Origin: Hemiscyllium ocellatum
Lineage: Eukaryota
Reading direction: 5' to 3'
Length of the DNA stretch: 64,000 nt
NCBI RefSeq assembly: GCF_020745735.1
Contig: NC_083446.1
Location: 6,558,433 to 6,622,432 of the forward strand
Shown here: positions 25,501 to 37,500 of the stretch, in pieces
Layout: each line of letters starts with the position of its first letter
Position numbering within the stretch: position 1 is the stretch's first letter
Position numbers and translations under genes: made by a program
The notes under the pieces: model-generated
What the model saw: only the letters and a program-made list of their open reading frames with translations
Databases searched by the model: none
What the model was told of the DNA's origin: nothing

Positions 25501-28500
25501 AATGAGGAGGTCCAGGTTCAAGTTCTACCTGCTCCAGAGGTGTGTAATAATATCTTTGAATAATATCTTGATTATAAAATATAAATAGGTAGGGTCTTGT
25601 TCAGCAGGAAAATCCCAGCATTGTTGGGAGCTACCCTTTCTGTTCCAGTGGCCACTGGTATTGGAGGAGGAATCAGACGAAAATCATGGACAAGTCCAAG
25701 GACCACACCAACCATATCTAGTCTAGCAAGTGGGCCAGAACAAGGATACAAAAATCAGTGTTATCAATTTGAACATCTGAAAGGGGTTGATCCCAAATTC
25801 CTGAGGAACATCTGGCACAGCACAGTGACTCAGTGGTTAGCACTGTTGCCTCAAAGCGCTAGGTTCAATTCCAGCCTCGGGTGATTGTCTGTGAGGAGTT
25901 TGCACATTCTCCCAGTGTCTGCGCGAGTTTCTTCCCACAGTTCAAAGATGTGCAGGTGAGGTGGATTAGCCATGCAAAATTGTCCATTGTGTCCAGGGAC
26001 GTGCAGGCAAATTGGATTAGCCACGGGAATGCAGGGTTACAAGGACAGGGTAGAAGGGTGAGATGCTCTTCAGAGGGTTGGTATGGACTTGAAGGGCTTC
26101 CACACTAGGGATTCTTTGAAAAAGGACAATAACAAAGGAGCTGGCAAGGTTGAACGCTAAAATCAAATCAATTTCTACAAGAAGCACCAACAGTCTTGAT
26201 GATTTAACATCTGTTCTTGAGGATGGCATCCCTGTGGTATATTGCATTTAAACTGCGTATTTTAAATAAAATTCAAGATGCAGAAAAAGAAGAGGTAGGC
26301 TCTTCCCCAGCGGGGAAGTTGGCTACAGCGGTGTTATCTTCTGGGCACGGAAGGATCTGTTTTGGGGCCACTGCTGTTTGTCATTTTCATGAATGACCTG
26401 GATGAGGATGTAGAAGGATGAGTTAGTAAATTTGCGGATGACACTAAGGTCGGTGGAGTTGTGCATAATGCTGAATGATGTTACAGGTTGCAGACGGACA
26501 TAGATGAGCTGCAGAGCTGGGCTGAGAGGTGGCAAATAGAATTTAATTTGGAAAAGTGTGAGATGATTCACTTTGGAAGGAGAAACAGGAATAGAGTACT
26601 GGATTAATGATAAGGTTCTTGATAGGATAGATGAGCAGAGAGATCTCGGTGTCCATGTACATAGACCGCTGTAAGCTGCCACCCAGGTTGATAGGGTTGT
26701 TAAGAAGGGCTATGGTGTGTTAGCTTTTATTGGTAGAGCAACTGAGTTTCAGAGCCAAGAAGTCATATAGCAGCTGTACAAAACTCTGGGGTGGCTGCAC
26801 TTGGAGTATTGTGTACAATTCTGGTCACTGCATTATAGGAAGGATATGGAAGTGTTGGAAAGGGTTCAGAGGAGATTTACTAGGATGTTGGAGGGAAGGT
26901 CTTATGAGGAAAGATTGAGGGACTTAAGGCTGTTTTTGTTAGAAGGTTGAGAGGTGACTTAATTGAGACATATAAGATAATCAGAGGGTTAGATAGGATG
27001 GACAGTGACTGCCTTTTTCCTCAGATGGTGACGGCAAGCACGAGGGGACAAAGCTTTAAATAGAGGGTGATAGAGTTAGGACAGATGTCAGAGGTAGTTT
27101 CTTTACTCAGAGAGTAGTAGACGTGCCAACTTTAAGGGCATTTAAATGGTCATTGATAAATATATGGATAAAAATGGAATTGTGTAGGTTAGATGGGTTT
27201 CAGATTGGTTTCATAGGTGGGCACAACATTGAGGGCCAAAGGGCCTGTACTGTGCTGTAATGTTCTATGGCAATTGATGTTTGTGCTAAACTATGGATTT
27301 ACAATAAAACTTTAAATCGCTGGAAGTTTTTTGCTGCCTAATTCAAGATATGGATATAGTCTTTAAAACACTTTCCACATCCACCTTATCAAGACCATTC
27401 AGAACCTTATACACCTCAATCAAGTTACTTCTCACTCTCCTGACCTCCAGTGGAAACAAGCCCAGCATATCCAATCAATCTTCATAAAACAATTCACTTA
27501 TTTTAGAAATTAATCTTGCAAACCTCCCTTGAACCACGTCCAATGTATTTACATTCTTCCTTAAAGGAAAAATCAGAACTATACACAGTACTTGAGATGA
27601 ACAAGAAAGACTCTTATGAAAAGGGGTAAATAAACTCGAAACATTAACTCTGTTTTCTCTTCACAGATGCTGACATAATGGTTGTGTTTCTCCAGCAACT
27701 TGTTTTTGGTTTGTTTCAGATAACTAGTATTTGTATTTGAGATGTAGCTTTGCCTACGTCCTGTACTGCTGAAGCTTAACATCCTTACTTTTATGTTCAA
27801 GTCTTCTTCCAATAAAGTATACTATTCCTTGAGCTTTCTTAAGCGCAAGCTGTACCAGCATACTAACTTTTTGCTGTTCATTAATACTCAAATTCCTAGC
27901 GTTTTGGAATTATGCAGTTGTTCTCCATTTAAACAGAATTTTCTCTCCTTTTTTTTAATCTTCCTACTAAAGAAATTTTTTCACATTATACTTCAACTGC
28001 CAATTTTTTGCCCAATCACAATCCATATACAGAGGAACCTCGATTACGTGACCGACAGGGGCGGTAGTATTTTGTTCAGATAATTGAAAGTTCGAGTAAT
28101 GGAATGCCAGATAACACAGTTTAGCCAAGCATTGGGACCTTGCGATCTTGTCCGGATAATCCAAAATTCGGATAATCGAGGTTCCTCTGTATATCCACTT
28201 GCAACTTTCTTATACCTTCTTCACAACATACTTTCCAAGCTATTTTGGCATTCTTTGAATTTAGCTCCAATGCTTTCACTCACCTCATCTAAGTCATTGA
28301 TGTGAATTATAAATGGTTGTGGTCCAACGCAAACCTCTGTGGAACCTCACTGATCACATCCAGATACAGACTCTGTACATTCTATTTTCGGATAGCTAGC
28401 CAATATTCTAATCATTCTAAAATATGTTATCCCTTACATCATGAACTTTTATTTTCTACAATAACATCTGTGGCATCTTATCAAATGCTTTCTGGAAATC

Positions 28501-31500
28501 CAAGTGCAGTAAGTCTACAGGCTCCATGCGCATGTTACTCCTTCAAATAAATTGGTTAAATATGATTTTCTTTGACAAAACCTTGAGCAAGTCTATAGCT
28601 CCTTGAAAATAGCAACAAAAGTGGATAATGTAGTAAAGAAAGCATATGGCATGCTTGACTACTTCAGTGGTTTACCAGGATGTTGCCTAGATTGTAGTGT
28701 ACTAGCTATAAGGAATTCCTGAAGAAGGGCTCATGCCCAAAACGTCGACTCTCCTGCTCCTTGGATGCTGCCTGACCTGCTGCACTTTTCCAGCAACACA
28801 TTTTCAGCTCTGATCTCCAGCATCTGCAGTCCTCACTTTCTCCTAGCTATCAGGAGAGGTTGACACCCTTGGATTGTTTTCACAAGAGCATTGGAGGCTA
28901 AGGGGCAACATGATAGAAGTATATAAACTTATGAGCAGCGTGAATAGGGTGGATAGCGGAGGGTTTCTTTTCCCCAGGATGGAAACCTAGGGGGCATAGG
29001 TTTAAGGTGAGAGGGGGAAAGTTTAAAACAGATGTGCAAGGGAAGTTTTTTTACACACTGGGTGGTAGGTGCCTGGATCACACTGCCAGGGGAGGTGATA
29101 GAAGCAGATACAATAGCAATGTTTAAGAGGCATTCATACAAACACATGAGCAGGTAGGGAAATAGAGAGATGCAGACCATGTACAGGCAAAGTGGATTAA
29201 TTTAAAATTGCATCATGACTGGCTCAAAGGGCCTGTTCCTGTGCTGCACTGGTCTATGCTATATAGCTACAACAGATTGACTAAACTGTTTTACTACTGT
29301 AACATATCAAAAGTTAACTGTTAATTTTAATTACTCATAATGTCTCCTAATGGGTTTTACTCAGCATTAAGTAATTGCAAAAATTCAGCAAAGACGGAGA
29401 AAAATTACACCCTACAATTATACCGAGGGGAACTATAAATGCTCAGTGTAATGTATTTTACATGGACCATGCCTTCTGTTTATAACTTCAGTTTTTTTTA
29501 GAAAAGCTCCCTCATTATTAACGAGTTGACTAGCTGAATTACACAAATCAGGCAGATTTCTAGTCTGTGTTGTCAGATGATTTGAGCCAAAGCAATGATT
29601 GAGATGCTACAATCTGGGGAAAGGAGTAAGATCTGCCATATTCCTGACCCTAATAAAGGGAAGACACAAGTAATAGCTGCAAATAGGATCATTGTATTTA
29701 GGATACAATTGTAAGAGTTAAATAAAACATCTCACTGTAAACTGAAAATATAATGAATAGCCAGTTGGGAAAGCATTGCATATTCCTGGAGCCTTATCAG
29801 AGATTAGGGAAACCACCTCAGGGGAGAGTAGAGGAGAAATTGTTGGTAAGAAGGGCAAAGAAGATAATGAAGTGGACAAATACAATACACATTTGTATTG
29901 CCAGGAAGCTATTTACAGCTAACTAAATGAATCTATAAATTCTGTTTTATTCATGATAAGGGTTCTCTGAACAGCTTTATCTTTGTCATATTAGAGTTTA
30001 TCTTTGTGTCCCACAGTTTTGCTAACCCAGGGAAAATGAAAAGATTTTGTAACTATATTATCCACTTTGTCAGTTTGTAACTGAAAATTACTGCAGCTCA
30101 AATAAAGACATTCCACTGAATGTGCACAGCTCATATAAACAATATTTTAGCCACCCTAAGGCAATTAGGGATAGACAATAAACTCCAGCTTAGCCAGCAA
30201 TGTCCAGTGCTCATGAGCAAATAAAAACCCTTAGAATATCGCCTTTTGATAAACAAATAAAAACTTTCCTTCTGTAGTCCTTTCATCTGTATTTTGAGTC
30301 AGACGTTGACCATATTGCTTCCAGTTTGCTAGATGAGATGGATCCATCATGAATGACAAAGAATTTATGTTGTTTTTGAATAATATTGGCAAGTCAGCTG
30401 GTCCATATATAAATATATGTGTTAAGTCAAGGAGAGCTGTTTTGCAGGTATTATTGACCTGAGAGCGATTTGCTAGTTCCAAAATGATATCCTGGAGGTT
30501 AAAGTCCTTTCCACCTCTACTCCATGATCTAATCGGTAAATTGCAAACATGTTCCTCCACCTGCTGTTTGAAGACAGGGATCACCCAAAATCTGGTGATG
30601 GCTATTCTGCCACCTACCTTCTTGCCTGTAATCTTTTTGAATTTTATTCATGGGGGGTGGGGGGCGCGGGCGGTACAGAGAAAATATTGCCCGCAATCCC
30701 TTAATGCTCTTAAGAGGTTAATTCATGTCCTTTTATGAGTCTCCCTCCACTGTCACCAGTCTTTCATCTTTTTGGAGCAGGGAGCCCCACCACATGTGGG
30801 ATGTCTACCAATTTAATTTCATGAGCTGATGTCAGATCAGCTAGTGGTAGTGGCGGTAGTTGCGTGTTGGGGTTTCACTCAGGACTTTCAGCATCATTCA
30901 TGACAAAGTAACCCTGTTAATTGGCAAGTTATTCACTACATTATCATTTGCTCTTCATTGCCACCATATTGTACATGGTACACATTACAGATAAGATTCA
31001 ATCACTGCAGCAACTCACCAAACTTTCTTCCCAAAGACTACCTTGGAGGACTAGGGCAGCAAATGTATGTGAGTTTTAAAGGTCATGGGTTTGGGAGGAA
31101 ATGTTGGAAAAGCCTTGACAAATTGTTGCCAAGATTACTGGCTGTACCTGTAAGTACCTGACTGGGTCACACATAATCCTGGCTTGAAAACATGCATCCC
31201 TCCATTATCGCTTGGTAAATAGTTTGGAACTTCTACCAATCAGCACCGTGAGAGTACATTCACCACATGAATTACAGTGATTCAATACATCAATTCACTA
31301 CGATCTTCTTAGGCCATTTAGGGTAGGGCAATAACTGTTGTGTTCCTAGCAAATAGGAATGTTCCATAAATTACCAGCATCATGTCCAATTTCATATTAA
31401 TATATTATTCATTTGCGTGCCTTTGCAATTCAATGTGTGTCGTTAAAAATAATATTTTCATGGAGCCTCAAAAGGAAGGCGCAGTTCAAGGGCTAGGCTG

Positions 31501-34500
31501 TCAAACCTATTCAAACAAAGCAATTCTCTGGGTACTAATTAGGGAAAAATGAAAGCTAATTTGCATTATGACAAATTATTTGCATTTGCTAGGATCACGC
31601 TTATTCATATCAACCACGATAGCTATCCTCATATAGTACACGATGGAAGCATGCCGCAAGATGTGCAAATTCCAGCAAGAAACTTATCTTCCATTTACAT
31701 CCACATGTTATATACACTCTTTCTGTTAAGGATACAGATATATTAGAAACTCCAGCAGGCTTGTTAGGATAGTTCTTAAGGCAAGGGCAAATAGCAGCTA
31801 TTGATAATATCTCAAGCACTCCACACAATCCTTCTTCAGCCAGTTTGTTAGGAATCGAAAGAGGAAACAACTTCCCAGCAACAGGATGGAGTCTATAGCA
31901 ATGTGAATCAGCTGCACATTCAAAATTTCTGATCAGAAAAAAAGTAGGTTAATGCACAACATAAACAATATATATTTACAAGATAACTTTTGTTAAGCAA
32001 AATAAAACTGCTGGTGAAATTCTGGGAAATCCATTAATGTGATATGTTTGCAATATTTAAGAAGCAAATCTATGTAAGAACTTAACAGATAATGAGGTTT
32101 TATTATGTGATAGAACATTCCTGACAAAAATCATAGCTTGAACCAAGTAATTGTTCAGGACTTTTCGCTGATCATTTTGTACTACAGGTGACACAATTTT
32201 TCATGCATTAAAATTAACAATGGTCCATTGTGTGATACTTGTACTCAAACGTCAGATTCACAGTCAATTATTAGCATTTACAAAGCAGACGAGTGACTCA
32301 AGAGTTCAATTATAGAAAGTTGTGAATTAACACTAGAGAAAGCTTACTCTGCAAATTAACAATTTGAAATAAAAACACAACTTGTTAACTACTGTCCTTC
32401 AGGGAAGGGAGTTTGCTTGTTGACTCTTAATACCCATTAACTTTTATCTGGTAGCTTATAAAATAATCACTTGGCTCACCATCAATTTCTCAGGACAGCC
32501 ATAATAAAGGCTTTACTAGTTTTGTGCACAACTCAAGAACGAAAGCTTTATTCTGGCAAGTCATCATTTAATACTTACTTGATATAGTGAGTGCTGTCAG
32601 AAAGTACAGTATGTCTGTTACTGCAAAATTGGTCCAGTTTCTCACTCCTAAATTTAAAGTATTTTAGTTACTGTTAAATCAAATTTGTGCATTTTAATTT
32701 CTCATAGTTCTTGGTTTTGCTGGCAAACATCATTTAGTTATGTTCAGCAATAGTATCTTGTACATACATAATAACAATGCTGTGCAGCCAAACCCTGCTC
32801 ATGATACACCTTCTTTACTTTATGTAACCTTTTTGGGTAGTTCCATGGTTTATCATTTGTCTATGGGTTTTATGTTGCACTTAAACACTCAAATGCTGTA
32901 TCTACCATTCTTTCCAAGACTATGGGTAAGAAATTAGATCAGCAAAGTTGATGTACAACATTTAGTGTTATTGTAGCATTTCCGAGTATGCTATAGTATC
33001 TTTATCTAGATATTAACCCATTAAAATATGTAAAGAGAATTTGGCCATTCAAAAGCATGCCATACTGTGCATGTATGGCTATTTCAGCAGAGGTATCTTC
33101 TCCCCACTTGACAATCCCCTAATTTAAAAGAAACCAAGTTGCTTCCAAGATTCCCTGCAAAAGAAGAAGTAAGTGTAATTTTCCCCAGTAGTATTTACTG
33201 TCAACATCTGGGCATACTGCAAACCTGGAATCACAAAACTATTGAGGAAACGTGGATGGGGAATGCATGACAGTGACAATACTAAAATGTGGTTTCAATT
33301 TGATTCAAAGTTTTTGATTTCTATTGCCTTAAGGAGAGATTTGTCATTGGTTCTTTTTTTTTTAGATTACTTTTTTTTTAGATTACTTACAGTGTGGAAA
33401 CAGGCCCTTCGGCCCAACAAGTCCACACCGACCCGCCGAAGCGCAACCCACCCATACCCCTACATATACCCCTTACCTAACACTACGGGCAATTTAGCAT
33501 AGCCAATTCACCTGACCCACACATCTTTGTGACTGTGGGAGGAAACCGGAGCACCCGGAGGAAACCCACACAGACACGGGGAGAACGTGCAAACTCCACA
33601 CAGTCAGTCGCCTGAGGTAGGAATTGAACCCAGGTCCCTGGCGCTGTGAGGCAGCAGTGCTAACCACTGTGCCACCGTGCCGCCTTAAAGTGCCGCCGGT
33701 CTTCAGTATTCACAAATAACTGCAAATCTAGAATTGCATTATCCATAATCTCTTCCACATAAAAGCATAAACACTCATCATTTCATGTTGTTGTAGTTTC
33801 ATATGTCACAGGTAATTAATAACAAAATCCTCACTTCATCACCATCTTGACCATGCATACTGTCTGCTCCACTATGTAAAGTAAATCTTTCAGCCATTAC
33901 ATAGGGAATTGGTGAAACTGAAAAGTATGCAGTGACAATTTTCGGTCTTATACACAGTAGGGACAAGAATTATGGGGTTCTGGGTTAACAAAAGTTTGGG
34001 AATAGTAAGATAGTTATTTTATACTGATAATAAATAGTGATATTCTACATGCTGTTGCAGCGAATTCATAGTAAGTGAATATTCTTACTTGAAGACGTGA
34101 GTCGATAGATTACCATTTACTTTGACATAAAACTGGATTTTTACCTAAAAAATAAAGTTTTATCTTACTTAGTCTTGAGAATAATATTCAAAACTAATAC
34201 AACTTAAAAACTGACCCTGCAGTAACATTTAAAAACGTAACTTTTTAAAATCCAAATTGTTTTTTAAACCATATTAACAGTCAATTTTAATTTATCCCAC
34301 TGACTAATAGACTGTTTTCTTGTTTTTATTGATTTTAGTCTCTTGCACTTTTCTTCTATTTCGCTGTTGTATTTTCCATTTCTCTTACTCACCGATGCAA
34401 AATTATTCATATTGTTTATAATTTATCCCCAAACTACTCCTAATCAAAAGTACAACAATTATATTCTAGCAAACATCAAATTCTTTAAGGAGCTACACTA

Positions 34501-37500
34501 ATGTAGTTCTCATACTTGCACCCACTTCATATGCACCCATAATTTTGATTACATGACAATTATATATAACTGACAGAAAATAAAAGTTACCATTATACTT
34601 CGTTTCAACTATATTCTTCCCACCCTTCCATAAACAATGGCATCCCAGTTTGTCTTCCAAACCACCTAGACTCCAGATAAATCCACTCTATGGTGAAAAT
34701 ATAGGAACAGCAGAGTTTCAAAATTTAGATTTTGTCTGCGCAGATCACTGAAGTGTACCAGTAAGGTATAAAAATGGATCAAAAGAGCTAATGGATGGTT
34801 AGCCTTTATAACTAGAGGGCTACAAGATAAAATGAAGGAGATTTTGTACAGCCATTGAATAATTTGGTCAGACCACATGTGGAATATCTGTGTATAACCT
34901 TCAGCATCTTACTTTATATAAAGTTTAATGTCCTTGGAACCAGTGCAGTATGGATAACGTTAACATTATTATATTATGAGGGAAGACTACATAAACTAGG
35001 CTTGTATTTTTTACAGCAAAGAAGGTTAAGTGCAATCTAATTCAGGTTTTGAAAGGAATTAATAGGATAGACAAACCTCTGCCAGTGAGGAACTTAGGAT
35101 AAAGGAACGCACATTAATTTCATAGCCTTGCCAGTCAAGAAGGAAATTATAGAAAATATTTATTTACATAAAATGTAAATACTAGTTTAATTAAACTTCT
35201 TTTAACCTTTGAAGGATAGATAATAGCTTGTCAAGAGTATAACATATAGAGTGAAGGCATGTATATGAAGTCAAGATAAATATCAGTGATGATCTCATTG
35301 AATGAGGCAATATAGTCTTGATGGCCAGTCCTGTTTTTATTTTCAAGATTCCTAGTTGGCCAACTCATCCTTCATACTTGAAGGCTTAATATTTGGTTTT
35401 AGTGCAAGAGACAAAATTAGAATTTAATTTAATATTTTGTTCTTCTAGGTCACTGAGTTGTTTAATATTCAATACCTGTGCATGCACAATACTGATCCTG
35501 TGTAAGAAATTCTTGATTGTTAGGCAATCTTTCATCACAATGCAGCTTTGTTCAGAAATCTAATTAACACAGAAAAGAAGACTGATTTTGTCCACATTGC
35601 TCAATATTCAGCTGTATATTTGCACCCACAAGTGGAAAAAAATGATATTTTACAAAGAAACAAATTAACACAAGTAAGTTTGTCAAAGTTCTTTGTTAGT
35701 CCATGACAAAATGGAGCATCAGCCAACAACATGTGACTATTGCCATACACAATTATAAGAGTGATGTTAATTTTTGCTACTCTGCCTCTTACCTCTCGCC
35801 CTCCTAAGACCTTAACAAATAAAAACACTAATTTTTTTAAAAAATGGTGACATCTGTTGGAGATCAATTGCACTGTTCATACCTCAAATGTCAGCCTGAA
35901 ATCTGAAGAGATGAACTTCTCATTTAAATCAGCAGTCCCCAAGTCCACTTGCACCACACGTAAGGATAGCTGGAGCAAAAGCTTTTCTATTACTGATTAA
36001 AACAAAGACCAGAATTACTAGAACAAACATAAGTAACTCTGAAGTAATTTTATCTGAGCAAGTCTAAGGTCTTAGAATTGGAAACTTTTCTACTTTGAAT
36101 CAAAAACAGGAATAACATTGTCGCAAACAAAACATTTTGGTTTTTTTAGGGTTATGGTATTGGGAGGTGGTGGCATAGTGGTAATGCCACTGGATTAGTA
36201 ATTCTGAACTCAAACAAATGTTTTGAAGATGTGTGTTAAAATTTCACAATGTAAATGGGTACATTGGAATTCAAAATTTAAAACATCTGGAGTAAAAAGA
36301 TAACCTAATGGCAGCCATGATTGATTGTAAAAATAACATCTGGTTCACTAATATCTGCTGTTTTTAGCTGAACCAGCCTATATATGACTCCAGACCTACA
36401 GTAAGTGGCTGATTCTTAACTGCCCTCTGGGAAACAATTAGTGTCAGAAAATAAATGTTGGCCTAGTCAGTGACACCAACAGCCTAAGAACAAATGGAAA
36501 TGTGGTTCAGTCACTGAACACAGCAGTAGAATGTTACTTTGCACTTTTTTTGGTATTTCCAAAATTTATGCTATTTCAAACAATATTGTAACAATGTTCC
36601 AACATCATGTGCTTCTCATTTCATGAAAATGATGAGTGAATAAACATTATCACTCTGCTTCAACAGCACGTTGGCCAGAAGAAAGGCATCTCTCCCGATC
36701 CCATGAAGAATTACTGAGTTTTGGGGAATTACTGAGTTTGTTTATGTGGAGCAGAGACGGGAAAAACATGTCTGTTTACAAAACATCGAGAAACTGCCAG
36801 ACTTTCAGAAAAAAATGTTTACAATTCTCTTTTATCTACTGTAAACAGAGAAATCTTCAAATGAAATTAGAGGAACTGCTCCAACTAATTCTGAGTCCAT
36901 ACTAGCAGAAAGTTGGGGTGTCAAAAGTGCAGAGGACAGCAATGGAGCAAAGAAGATTTGGAAGAGATAAGAGTCATTCCTTTAAGCCCTTACCTTTGTA
37001 AAAGTAATATGTTTGATTATTGGAGATCCATTGTCCAGCAGCTGCAACTGGTCAAATTGTTATCATTAGAAAAAAATAACATTATGACTGAAAAGAAACT
37101 GAGCATTAACAGATTAAATTAAATGTTAGGCTTCAGTTTAGTTAGTATCAACTTTGAGCACTTATTTGTGTTATCATACACCTAGCTACCTGTTACAACA
37201 CAGATGAGATATTCCTTGTGGAACTGTAAGGTAGAGTTTACTGCATTAACCAATACAAGTAGATCTCCTTCCAGAGTTGATCTTCTAAATCTTCTGTTCA
37301 TGTTTTTAATATGAATAATAAGGTACTCTATAACCTAAAAAGAAACAATACTCCAGTATCCAATTGATATGAGTCATTTAATATTATGATTAATATTAGA
37401 CTAGTACCAGCAAGTTTTGAGCAGATTCGTAGCTCAGGTGCTTCTACACGTGCGTCTAGGCCAATTGGTCTTCCACACTGAGAACTGACAGGCAGTGGTT

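Noticed and set aside
30417-30584. N-terminal extension of ORF 30231-30584
   Set aside because: Intronic; contains the U12 branch site and has no counterpart in TOP6BL.
33600-33685. tRNA gene
   Set aside because: tRNA-derived SINE head that continues into the V-domain.
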